Below are positions 24,201-36,217 of a DNA stretch of 64,000 nt, one piece after another. Position numbers and translations under genes: made by a program. Origin of the DNA: Rhynchobatus australiae (lineage: Eukaryota); the NCBI GenBank assembly GCA_034780895.1, contig JAUZTB010000017.1:12875342-12939341 (forward strand), given 5' to 3'. Position 1 is the stretch's first letter; each line of letters begins with the position of its first letter. The notes under the pieces were generated by a model that did no database searches, was not told where the DNA came from, and worked only from the letters and a program-made list of their open reading frames with translations.

Positions 24201-27200
24201 CAGCACTGGCAGTAATGCATCTCTCTATAATTCTATTTCCAACCTTTTCCAATACCATTCTCATTCTGGAAACATGCTGAGCACTAAATGTCAGACTTTT
24301 AAAATCAAGGGTACATATTTTCATGTAAGGCCAATTTNNNNNNNNNNNNNNNNNNNNNNNNNNNNNNNNNNNNNNNNNNNNNNNNNNCATACTGCTCACA
24401 TTGACCATCAACTAATGTTAAAGCAGTCTACCAACAATAAAAAAGCACAAATTTCAGAATTTGAATCTGAAAGTTTAAACTGTACTAGATTTGCATTAAT
24501 TTTAAGTATTTAGTGCCAGCTCAAGTTAAATGCATTTATGAACTGACCATAACTTGGATTCAAACATCGAGTTTACTCTAATTGCTTTCCATTCAAATAA
24601 AATTTTCATCCACATCCATTGAATAGAATCCCTGACTCAAGCATAATATAAACTTAAGATCTTGACCCAAACAGAAGCATCTTTGCCAACTATCTGTTTT
24701 GCATTGGTCCCCATAGAATAGAGCTAGTCCCATAATTGTTGCAGTACATTTTAAAGTTTATTGAGTAAAATGACTTCCTGTTGCTATTGTTTGTGTTTGA
24801 TTGCAGAATAAAAGATTGCATGCATCAGGATATAAACATATGCGATTGTTTGTTTTCTCATATGATTCCTGTGCTCATCAGGATCAGGCGTGTCCATGCT
24901 GGAAGTGAACCCTTTCTCATCCAAGATTTAAGGCTTCACTGTGGTGCTGGGATGATATTCTTTGTTCTTCTCATCAGACAGCCTATGCCCTATTGAAGAT
25001 ACTAATTCAGGGACCTTTGCTAGGGATCTGGATTCAAACAAAGCCCAAACTGAAAATTGTTGAAATGCTGACTAAATGATAACATTTCTTAGAAAAGTAA
25101 TTACACGTTTATCAAAATTATTTTCCATTCACTTTCCAGATATAATCANNNNNNNNNNNNNNNNNNNNNNNNNNNNNNNNNNNNNNNNNNNNNNNNNNNN
25201 NNNNNNNNNNNNNNNNNNNNNNNNNNNNNNNNNNNNNNNNNNNNNNNNNNNNNNNNNNNNNNNNNNNNNNNNNNNNNNNNNNNNNNNNNNNNNNNNNNNN
25301 NNNNNNNNNNNNNNNNNNNNNNNNNNNNNNNNNNNNNNNNNNNNNNNNNNNNNNNNNNNNNNNNNNNNNNNNNNNNNNNNNNNNNNNNNNNNNNNNNNNN
25401 NNNNNNNNNNNNNNNNNNNNNNNNNNNNNNNNNNNNNNNNNNNNNNNNNNNNNNNNNNNNNNNNNNNNNNNNNNNNNNNNNNNNNNNNNNNNNNNNNNNN
25501 NNNNNNNNNNNNNNNNNNNNNNNNNNNNNNNNNNNNNNNNNNNNNNNNNNNNNNNNNNNNNNNNNNNNNNNNNNNNNNNNNNNNNNNNNNNNNNNNNNNN
25601 NNNNNNNNNNNNNNNNNNNNNNNNNNNNNNNNNNNNNNNNNNNNNNNNNNNNNNNNNNNNNNNNNNNNNNNNNNAAAGTGTGAAAAAAGCAAGGTTAATA
25701 TGCATTATATGACTCAGCTTACAATAATTTATGTAAAAAAACTGAGGTGATTTGAGCTTTTATTTCACATATGAAAAACGTGTGCCTGGATTAATAATAG
25801 GAATGATCAGTAATGGTGTCCAATCCTAATTGCTGTCTCGTGACCATCTAGTGTATCAGATGTCTGGTATGGATAGAATCTGGCTTCACCATAATGACCC
25901 TCCAAGCTGACTGTTCTTTTCATTTTTATTACTCAGATTCACACATTAAGGAGAAAACCAAGGAAAGGGTTGCAAGAAGTGGTAAACCTTCTTCCCATGC
26001 AGGGTTTATTTTTGTCTTTTCCTTACTTTTAGCATCATCTTGAGTGAAATACTTTCAGAATAATGCGGATGGCCAGGTGTCTTTAAAATCTCCCATAATA
26101 TTTTACCATGCAGTTCTAACCAAATTATATTTAAATGTGTGCTTTATGATCTTGTGTGCTTTATTTAAAAGCTGAAATGAGGCAACGTAATGTATATATT
26201 GATAAATGTGTAGTTTGATAAATGTTTCTGAAAAGTGTTTTTTCTTGAGACCCATAGCAATGAGAATTATACAGATCAGAAACATAACATATCACTGTGT
26301 ACTGCAGAAGATTATGTGAAAATAATCACTGGAAAATAATGGTGTTGGTATCATCCTTGTGACCCAGTTTCCTCAGGTTTGTTTTACATATCATCAGTGC
26401 TAAAAGGCCACATATTGAAGCCATCTGTAAGGTAGGAAGCTCAGAGTACAGGAGGGTAAATTGCTGGCCTCAAAAAGCAGAAAAAAAATTTGTTGTATTA
26501 TAATCGTGATACATTTCTGAGAGGCGAATTTTATCACAATACTGCATTGTAAAATTAACATTGCAAAGATGCATGATTTTGCAACTGATACAAAAATCAC
26601 TTTTGCAAACTATCAGTATCACAATTACAAGGACCAGTCACAAAAGGGCTTTTCTGTTATAATGACAAGGACAGTGAACTATTGTTGCAGGAACTAGGAC
26701 AATGAGAGATACCTTAACGCTGGTGTGGAGCAAGATCATGGCCCAGAGGCAAGGTGATGTCTTTAGTATNNNNNNNNNNNNNNNNNNNNNNNNNNNNNNN
26801 NNNNNNNNNNNNNNNNNNNNNNNNNNNNNNGGGGAATTATTGGTGTGAGCCTTTATGGCAACTACAGGATGTTTCCAATTTTTCAATATAATGTTCTAGT
26901 TAAAATACCATCAGATAAAGAGGTTATGATTCCATGCACAATAAACATTGGCTCACTACTGACAAGTCACATGTACTATTCAGGAGTATTTGCAATGCCC
27001 GCTTACCTGTGACATTTCTTGCAGAAAAGCACAACTAATATCACACCAAGGTATAGTCTTCTTGAAAAGCACAACTAATGTGTAAGATCATGATGATACA
27101 GTAAGTCATAGAACTCTTACATATTTCCTCAAGTTCACACAACCTTAAATACCAGGCAGGGCACACATGCTGGAGAATGACCTGAATACTTCAGGAAGTC

Positions 27201-28089
27201 AACCCATTTGAAGTGCTGCCTCAGCACAATTAATGGAGCTGGAAGGGAATAGTAGAGCAACTGACCATGTCTCCACAAAAGCTTGACTCTGTTTAACATA
27301 GTTTCTTCCCAGGTCTAGTCAAATTGACTGAAAACGTCAGTGTTCTGGACCTTCTCATTCAGATGATACTAATGGCACTGTATACAAAATATTAATTTGC
27401 CATTATGTTTGTCCCTTTTTACACCTTCCATAAGATTATATAGGCTGGACCATCCAGAACACTGTCTGCTTTCCTGACCTTTGAATGGACAACAGATTGA
27501 AAGATGCAGGGTCAGATTGCCCCTGCAGTGGTGAATGAACTCCATCCTGATGCTGGGTCTTTTCATGTATAACCTAACAGAGACTGAGAGCCACATGAAG
27601 CCTGACAGTGAGACCCAGTTCCTTCCTCCTATATCTATCCCACCTCTAGAAAATGACTTAAGTGCAACACCAGACTCATTGGTAACCAACTACTGGCGGT
27701 ATCAGGGCCATATGATTTAGTTTGTCAATCACAATAATATGTATGTGCAATAAATGTGTGATCTTCAGATTGTCATTTCTTCCAAATCTTTCTCGTGCAT
27801 CACTGAATGTTAATGTTGTAATTAGTTTAGTGCTGGTGAATGATATAGTGGATCATTTCCTAGGACATTTATTCAAAGACAAAGAAATGGAAGAGGGGAT
27901 TTGGACTGAATTATATGATCCAAGGACAATTTCTAAGCCAGGACTTCTCCAAGTTACTTGATGAGTAAAAGCTGAATACCTTGGAGCTTCACCTTCACCT
28001 GTTATATCTTCCTGCTCATCCTCACTTGCTCAGTTTCTTGTTCCTTCTGAAAATGCCCAACACGTTCCCAATGGTCATATAAGCATTTT

Positions 28090-28189
28090 GTAAGTCCTGA
28101 TGCAGGGTTTTGACCCAAAATTTCAACAATTCCTTTCATCCCACAGATTTTGCTCAACCCATTGAGCTCCTCCAGCAGTTTGTTTGTTG
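28090..28189 (+). mobile_element. 100-bp Penelope-terminus-like insertion with a 9-bp target-site duplication
   Basis: AAGCATTTT at 28081-28089 and 28190-28198 flanks CCTGATGCAGGGTTTTGACCCAAAA...GAGCTCCTCCAGCAGTTTGTTTGTT. Confidence 0.65.
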
Positions 28190-29309
28190 AAGCATTTTAT
28201 ATCCCTGCTCCACACCATGCAATGGAGCAAAGGTTTTATTAAGAGTAACCCTACTACTTGGCCTAATCCAGCCCTTCAAACTTCACTTCAGATAAGTGCA
28301 AAGTGGTGAATTATCTCAGGATATATGTACCATTAAGTTCCTATATGCAGGCATTCACATGCGTAATGTAATGCTTGTTATTACACACTATTGGACATTA
28401 ACAGAATATTACCCTGTTTGTTTGGTTGATTGAAATGACATTCCTCTCCAGTGAGTGAGACTGCTTGTTCTGGTCCTATGATCTAAGAATGGGAGTCAAT
28501 GGAAATGAAGGGCACTGACTTCCTGTTTCCTGATATTCACAGAGAATATGATACATTGATTTACGTTCCCTTCCACTAGAACTTCTTATAAGTTGGGCTC
28601 TCTGATAGCAATACTCCTCATCAAAGTCAATAACAATTGCCATGATGGATAAACGTCTGCATTTGAGTACCTTCGAAGTGGTACACTCTTCCAGAGCCAA
28701 TGATTCAAAGGAGCTTTCAACACATTTTCTGTCTCCTCTTTTTCATTGATGTTCACCTGCATACTAAATCCTTTGTAGCTCCTGGGGTAATTTTAACCTA
28801 ACCCTCCCATCAGGACACTGACTGGGTTGGATGACTCCCTAATGCACAAAAGAAAAACTTGAATGGGATGTAAAACCAATGTTCTACATTTTTCCACACA
28901 TAGTGAGTTAACTTAAAAACATCCTCACAATCCTCTCAAAATCTAAAACAGCAACAGAATAATAAAATCTCCTTATCAGTGAAATTTACTATAATTGAAA
29001 GATTTGATTGACTTGGGCATCACTCTGATGAGAGAGCACTTTGCTTCTTCGACACTTTATTTATAGTAACATTCAGCACCCAAACCGTGACATCATTTCC
29101 ATTGCCACCACCCCCCCCAACCCATCACCCTCATATCCCCTTCCATTGCTCCTACTACCACAATTTCAAATTAATTAATGACAATAGACTTAGACCTATT
29201 AGGTACAAAACATCCTAAGTACTTCAATAATAAGAAAATTAACATGTGGTTAATGTGATTCAAATGTATTGGTAACAAATGATCACCCTTCCTTTTGAAA
29301 TCTCCTTGC

Positions 29310-29872
29310 ATTCATTCATGGATTGTGGACACAACCGGAAGCATCACGGCTTGGTATGGCAACTGCTCTGCCCGAGAACATGAGGGACTGCAGAGAGTGG
29401 TGGACACAGCTCAGCACATAATGAAAAGCAGCCTCCACTTCATGGACTCTGTCTGCACCTCCCACTGCCTTGGTAAAGCAGCCAGCATAATCAAAGACCC
29501 CACCCACCCCAGACATTCTCTCTTTTCCTCTTTTCCCCTCTCCCATCAGGCAGAAGCTACAAAAACCTGAAAGCATGTACAACCAGGCTCAAGGAGAGCT
29601 TCTATCCCATTGTTATAAGACTAGTGAACAGTTCCTAATATGATAAAATGGACTCTTGACCTCACAACCTATCTCATTATGGCCTTGCACCTTATTGTCG
29701 GCCTGCACTGCACTTTCCCTGTATCTGCCACACTTCATTCTGCATTCTGTATTGTTTTCCCTTGTCCTACCTCAATGCACTAATGCGATGAAATGATCTA
29801 TATTGATGGCATGCAAAACAAAGTTTTTCACTGTACCTCAGTACAAGTGACAATAACAAACCAATTTACCAA
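29310..29872 (+). mobile_element. Rex1/Babar-like retrotransposon 3' fragment
   Basis: ORF 29295-29570 contains SITAWYGNCSAREHEGLQRVVDTAQHI...KAASIIKDPTHPRHSLFS, a typical Rex1 RT C-terminus. The 3' UTR ends GTGACAATAACAAACCAATTTACCAA. Confidence 0.85.
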
Positions 29873-29879
29873 ATTAAAC

Positions 29880-30820
29880 TGTTGTAAAGCTCATTGCCAT
29901 TGACAAGGGAGCAGTGAGCTGCCTTTTTGAACCACTGCAATCTGCGTGATAAAGGTATTTCCAAAATGCTATCAAGTGGAGAGTGCCAGGGTTTTAATTC
30001 AATAACAATGAAGAGATAGTTACAGATGTTCAAATAAGGATGGTTTGAAACTAGGAGGAGAACTTGTAGAATGCAGTGTCTCTGCTGTCTTCACCATTCC
30101 AGATAGTGCAGATCGTGGGTTTGTGAAATTGTTGAAGAATCCTTAGCAAAGTGCTGTTATGCATCATGTTAACAGTACACATTGCTGCAAATGTGGTGGA
30201 GAGACAGAACGCTTAAGCTGGTGGATGGAGTGCTAATCAAGCAGGTTGTTTTGTCCCAATGGCAACTTCTTGAGTTTCCTTGCACCTGCTCTTTCCCAGA
30301 TAAAAGGAGACTATTCCATCTTATCCCACATTTCTATATAGTGTGGAATTTGAAAGTGAGTCGTTGGCCATGAAATGCACAGCTGCTCTGGTAGCCACTG
30401 AATTTATATGGCTGGTTCCCATTAAGTTTCTGGTCAATGAAGAATACTCGAGATGTCAATTATGGTTGAATTGTCAATGGTTATGGCATTGACTCTCAGC
30501 AGGAGCTGATGATACTTCCACTTGTTCGAGATGGTGATTGCCTAACACATGTATGGTACAAATGTTACTTGCCTGAATGTTGTCCATTTCCTCCTGGAAC
30601 AGTCTCCTTTATGTTCTGAATAGCTGAAAATGGAAATGAATAAAATGCAATCATGAACTAATATATGTACTTCTCACCTTATGATGGAGTGAAGATCATT
30701 GATAAAGCAGATGAAGATTCTAAGGTCTGGGACATTAATCATAAAAAGTCTTGCAGTAACACCCTGAGGCTATAATGAATAGACTCAAACAACCAACAAT
30801 TTACTTCTGCATTAAGTATG
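29880..30820 (-). mobile_element. Decayed L2/CR1-group LINE; a related fragment lies at about 31380-32050
   Basis: Starts with the antisense tail GTGAGCTGCCTTTTTGAACCACTGCA (complement of the 13550 tail) and shares segments with 9715-10200. Confidence 0.5.
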
Positions 30821-32611
30821 ACTGCAACTTAAAATAACATTTTTCTCTGTATCTCATATGTTCCATTGTGATTTTTGTTCACCATGCAGAATATGTTCTT
30901 ATTATTCTTTTAAAGTTAGCCTGTGTCTAAGACTCCAAACATACTGACAGAATTTTCAGCCAGAGTTGTGTGTGAAGGAAAACACAGAACAAACAATGAT
31001 TTAACATGTGAATTGTACATCTAATAATCAAAGAGACAGAGTTAGCCAATGGTAACTTCAAATTACTTTCTGATTTTATTTTTTAATTTATTTTAAGAAT
31101 AAGCTTGGAAGACAATGAGTTGCATGAATGAAGTTCCTTGTCAACTTGTTCAGCAAAAGCAACCATTAGTTGCCACTGGTCAAGAAGTATACTGGAACGC
31201 CACCACTTCTGTGTCAAAAAAACACAAGAAAATAGGAGCAGAAGTAGGTCACCTTGCCCTTCTGTTCTGCCCGGCCTATCAATATAATCATGTCTGATCA
31301 ATATATGCCTGGTCCATGTTTTAGAGGTAAAAAGGATTATTCTACACTTGCCTGAACAAGTGTTTGAAAAGTACTTTTAAGGATCTTGACACCATCCAAG
31401 ACACAACAATGCACCAGACTGGTGCCACATTGACTTGTCCAATCACCAACCCCTTGCTGCAGAATTATAGCTGTAGAGTCTACAGTCTACAGTATAAATG
31501 GCAGAAACTCCAGAACCCTGGATCTCCACTGACAATATAGGTAAAGGCACCTGATGCATGAGGACACCATCATCTCCAAATTCTCCTCTAGCTGAGAGAT
31601 TTTGGAGAGTTAGATGATGAGACACTTGCTTCCAAATACTCACCATCCAACATGTTCTGGTAACTACAACATTTATGTTGGTGGTACCTTTGAGTTTCTA
31701 GACAAATGTGACATCCCCTCCCCCACTCTCATCCTAGATTGTTGAAAGTGACAAACTGAATGATAATGATGTCATTGAGATCGAAGCCAACATGATTGGT
31801 CTTGCTTAAATTGGAGATAATCTGCCACCTGTAGTATAAATGTTGCTTATCATTCCCAAATCCAATCATCAGTGTCACCCAGGTCTTACTGCACTCTGGA
31901 ATGAACTGTTTCACTGTGCAGGAAAATGTAATTTTACTCAGTGAAATCTAATGAACAGCCCCATTTCCAATCTTATAACAGATTAAAGATCAGCAATGAA
32001 GCAGCTGAAGAACTTCTCCAAAGATTCCTTTTGACTGAGATGACTAGCCTCAACAAATAGACCAATCCTTCTCATAATGTCGCATGTGGTCAAATGTTTC
32101 TTTTTTAGAGACTGAGGTCAGTTATTTGATGTTAAAATAATTGCTGCTGAACATAATTCTGTAAATTTAGGGTTGCTATTAATGAACTTCATATGCAATC
32201 GTAATTTCAAAGTTTCCTTTAAATCAAAACAGTTCTGTGAATAATCATTACAAATGGCTGAAAGGGAACAAAAGAAGGACTCTGATATAACCAGAATGAC
32301 TAAGGAAATGACAGATTAAGAGCAACATGTCTGGATTTCAAATATATAGTTTGAAACAAAGCATGTTGAAAATCATGCTGTAAACCTAGATTTCATAAAT
32401 CATTCCCAAGGCATACTTAGTTGGTGAGATTATCAGTCAGTACATTGACAGATTATATTTAAAAATAGTGGTCCTTCCTATATATAAAGCATCTTTACCA
32501 AGCTTCAAAAAGGTTTCTTCATGTCAAAGGCAGTCATTCACACTTTGCTCCATAGTTGGACCAAGACAGCCTTCATACCTGGTTTCTGGTCATCCTAAGT
32601 CGAACATCTAT

Positions 32612-32811
32612 GAGTCAAGTCAAGTCGAGTTTTTTGTCATATGCACAAGTACACATATGCACAGGTGCAATGAAAAACTTCCATTAAGCAGCATCACAGG
32701 CAAGTAGCATCGTATAAGCAGCATTCAGAAAATAAAACATAAATTAAACATAAAGTAAACACAATTTTTACAAGAAAGAACACAATTGGAACAAAAAAAC
32801 AAAGTTCATTT
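32612..32811 (-). mobile_element. 3' tail of a Rex1-type element running into an assembly gap
   Basis: (GTCAA)n-like terminal repeat GAGTCAAGTCAAGTCGAG followed by TTTTTTGTCATATGCACAAGTAC...GCAATGAAAAACTT...GCAGCATCACAGG. Confidence 0.5.
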
Positions 32812-35429
32812 NNNNNNNNNNNNNNNNNNNNNNNNNNNNNNNNNNNNNNNNNNNNNNNNNNNNNNNNNNNNNNNNNNNNNNNNNNNNNNNNNNNNNNNNN
32901 NNNNNNNNNNNNNNNNNNNNNNNNNNNNNNNNNNNNNNNNNNNNNNNNNNNNNNNNNNNNNNNNNNNNNNNNNNNNNNNNNNNNNNNNNNNNNNNNNNNN
33001 NNNNNNNNNNNNNNNNNNNNNNNNNNNNNNNNNNNNNNNNNNNNNNNNNNNNNNNNNNNNNNNNNNNNNNNNNNNNNNNNNNNNNNNNNNNNNNNNNNNN
33101 NNNNNNNNNNNNNNNNNNNNNNNNNNNNNNNNNNNNNNNNNNNNNNNNNNNNNNNNNNNNNNNNNNNNNNNNNNNNNNNNNNNNNNNNNNNNNNNNNNNN
33201 NNNNNNNNNNNNNNNNNNNNNNNNNNNNNNNNNNNNNNNNNNNNNNNNNNNNNNNNNNNNNNNNNNNNNNNNNNNNNNNNNNNNNNNNNNNNNNNNNNNN
33301 NNNNNNNNNNNNNNNNNNNNNNNNNNNNNNNNNNNNNNNNCCACCGCTGGTCCCCCAATGTAGACTGGCGCATGTTCTCCCTCCTTCCCCTTCCTGAAGT
33401 CCTGAATACATTTCGTTTGTACTGACGGTAAATGAGAGGTGGTTGTTGTCTTACCCTGTCTTCTGCGCTACCTACCTCCAGGACAAATTTTGAGGTGCAT
33501 GAGTCACTAGATATTACACTTGACTACTCCCTTGACCACATTCCTGAATTAGAGTAACAGGTTCAAAAATGGCGAAGATGGATTTGCCTTGAGGTCAATT
33601 TGCCTTGTGAATGGCTCTTCACACAGTGAGACAATGTAACTGTGCCCACCATTGCCCTCCAACTCTAAGATAAGTCACACAGTATTAGCAAGACAGCTGA
33701 TTTTGCTGCTTTGTGAAACACATAAATGTCTTTTCACTTTTAGGACCACTCTCTTTATGAATATGCCAATAAATGTACGTGTCACAAAGATACTGCCATT
33801 TAATGATTTACGTATTCCTTTGTTAATAACCATGTACCTGTGTAGCAATGATAATTCTGGATACTGCAGAACAAAGGTAGATGAAGGTCAGGTCCGAAAA
33901 CAGGCACATGTGCTGGAGTCTCATTAGTAAACCTCTAATGTGTGGATAGTGGTGGGGGAGGTACGGCGGCGGCGGAGGAATCATTGTCAGCATTCCAGGG
34001 GTATTTGGACGTGGAGTGATACTGGCTCCTTAATTTTTCTACGAGGGTCCAGTCTTCTACCTTCACTACCTTCGGCCGGTTTTGTTTTAATGGGTGACAC
34101 GCACCGCTCCTTGGACACCAACACGTCCTGCTCTAACAGCGGGAGAAGCAGGGTTGTTTCCCGCATTGGTCTGAGGTTGACAAGCCGGACCACTGAATGT
34201 TCTCCAGATTGGCAAAAGGGGTGTTTCTTCCACCGGCAGGTGTTCAGTAAGGGCATATCATCATTACGCAATATTCCCGAAATTAATTAAAAGTACATTT
34301 TAATGCTTCCAGGATTTCAAAGCTCGACTGATTCCTGAAAGTGAAGTTAGCTGCTTATTAATAGTAAGCGGTCCTCGCTAAACTGTTTCTATATTAGCAA
34401 AATGTCTTGAAGAAGACAACAGATGCCAAGCGTGTTCTCGGCTCACCTGTATGTCGCCTGGCTTCAGTCGGAGCTGACGTGTCACCTGCAAGCAGAACTT
34501 CAGAAGCCTGCAATAGACGTGGGTGCTGTGCGGGAGATCTGATCTGGCATGTTAGACGTTTAAGGGTAAAACTACTTTTGTGAAAGGTGTTGCTTCAAAT
34601 CTCTTGCAAACATTGCAATTTCATGTTGTCGATTGCGATTTTGCTTCTGCAAAAGCGCCACGAGGGAAAGCATTTAAACTCGAACTGAATAGTTGCTCCT
34701 ATTCACACCCAACCTATAGATTGGTTCTGCAATATAGGAACTGGGTTGCAATTTCCGCGACGGCTCCTCCAATCATCGCCAGTTTCTATTCTTTCAACAC
34801 CTCATCGGATTTTGCATCTTTTCCCCAATGCAAAGAAACTCTTTACTTCTCAAGCGCTTATCTCGCTTATTTTCTATAAACCTTGTGTTTCTGTCAAGCC
34901 CTTCTTTTTTTCAATGCTTGGTGTAATGCACTGTGGCGTTAAATGAAATATTTATCGCCCTGTCTGAATGTTGGCAAATATTTCTCACTTACTGAACAGA
35001 AATCCGTCATCAGCGTTCTTCAACCAGTGTGTTTAAACAGGCAGCATCTCGGGTTGAATGCGCTGAATTTAAACATTGCAATCGGTCCTTGCGACCAGAT
35101 ACCATCAACAGTGAAACATTCTGCAATTTTGGACAAACAGTGCAAGGAGGTTATGCGCCATAATCGGGTTCCATCTTTAAGGCAGCCCGCAGAACTACAC
35201 TGGGGCTCTCAGACCTGGTTGGCAGGGATTTCCAGTTACATGCGACTAGAACTGCGAAAAGTTAATCCTAATGATGAGAAAATGGTGCTCGATTTTACTG
35301 CACCACTGGGCTTCCTGATCACATGTCGATGTTGTCTGTTTGAAAATATGACCAAAATGTCAAGAGCCAGCATACTCCAGAACTGAGGTGAATTCAGTTC
35401 TGTATACTTTACCTTCACCCCAGAACTTA

Positions 35430-35680
35430 CACGCGTGTGCACATAAACGCAGGAGTACTCTTTAAGAAGACACGAATGCACACCGCAGACAGATGTACAA
35501 AAGCTTCGAAGCCAGACATATATGAACGCACCCACATATATGCATCCGGGAACGCATGCACTGTAGGACGAGTTCCATTCACACAGATTCATGCACACAT
35601 ACCAAACGCCTGCACTTCACATAATCAGACACATACCCGTATACGTACATGGACATCCATATGTAGACATACACGTGCTC
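35430..35680. repeat. Decayed CA/TA-rich low-complexity tract
   Basis: Many CACA/CATA/CGCA units, consistent with an old microsatellite. Confidence 0.6.
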
Positions 35681-36176
35681 ACAAAACTATGGGAAATATT
35701 AAAGTTTTGTGGCTTTCCCACTTGGCAAAATAGACCCTAATTTATTTTAAATGTGTGTAAAAGGCAGGGAGATAATTATATATTTTCAAAGCCCATCTAT
35801 AAAGTTTCCAATACTTTTACTTTTAAAAGAAATCAATACTCTGAGAATGCCAGCATAACCTATTATATCTATATCGTATTGAGTCATGTTTCCACTATTT
35901 ATAAGGCGAAGAGATAAAACGATAATAGGAAATGGTTTGCAAAGTAATTCTATTCTGAAGCAAGTATAATTCAGCAAATATACAATCGTGTGTGCATCAT
36001 ATCAACGTGGGATGCGGTGGACAGGCCATAATTGAAGAGGACGAAAAGCAACTTGCGACTCAAAGCTTTAGAGTAAGCCTATCGAGTTTGATCGCAGGTT
36101 CAAAGATAATATTCAGTTTAAAGACTTAAGAAGTGCAATGGGCGTCCATCTTCCGATGCAGAGCATGTAATGGAAT

Positions 36177-36216
<40 letters not shown>
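36177..36216. repeat. (CG)3-(CA)n microsatellite
   Basis: CGCGCG followed directly by a CA run. Confidence 0.95.

Positions 36217-36217
<1 letters not shown>

Noticed and set aside
25840-25856. Weak CTCF-like GACCATCTAGTG (also CTGCCACCTGTAG at 31822-31834)
   Set aside because: Mismatches at core positions; the second lies within a decayed LINE.
33940-34290. Overlapping 116-aa (+) and 94-aa (-) ORFs
   Set aside because: No recognisable domain or splice structure; explained by local GC richness.
34943-35733. 147-, 120- and 98-aa ORFs
   Set aside because: No homology recognised; partly read through a decayed CA-rich tract.
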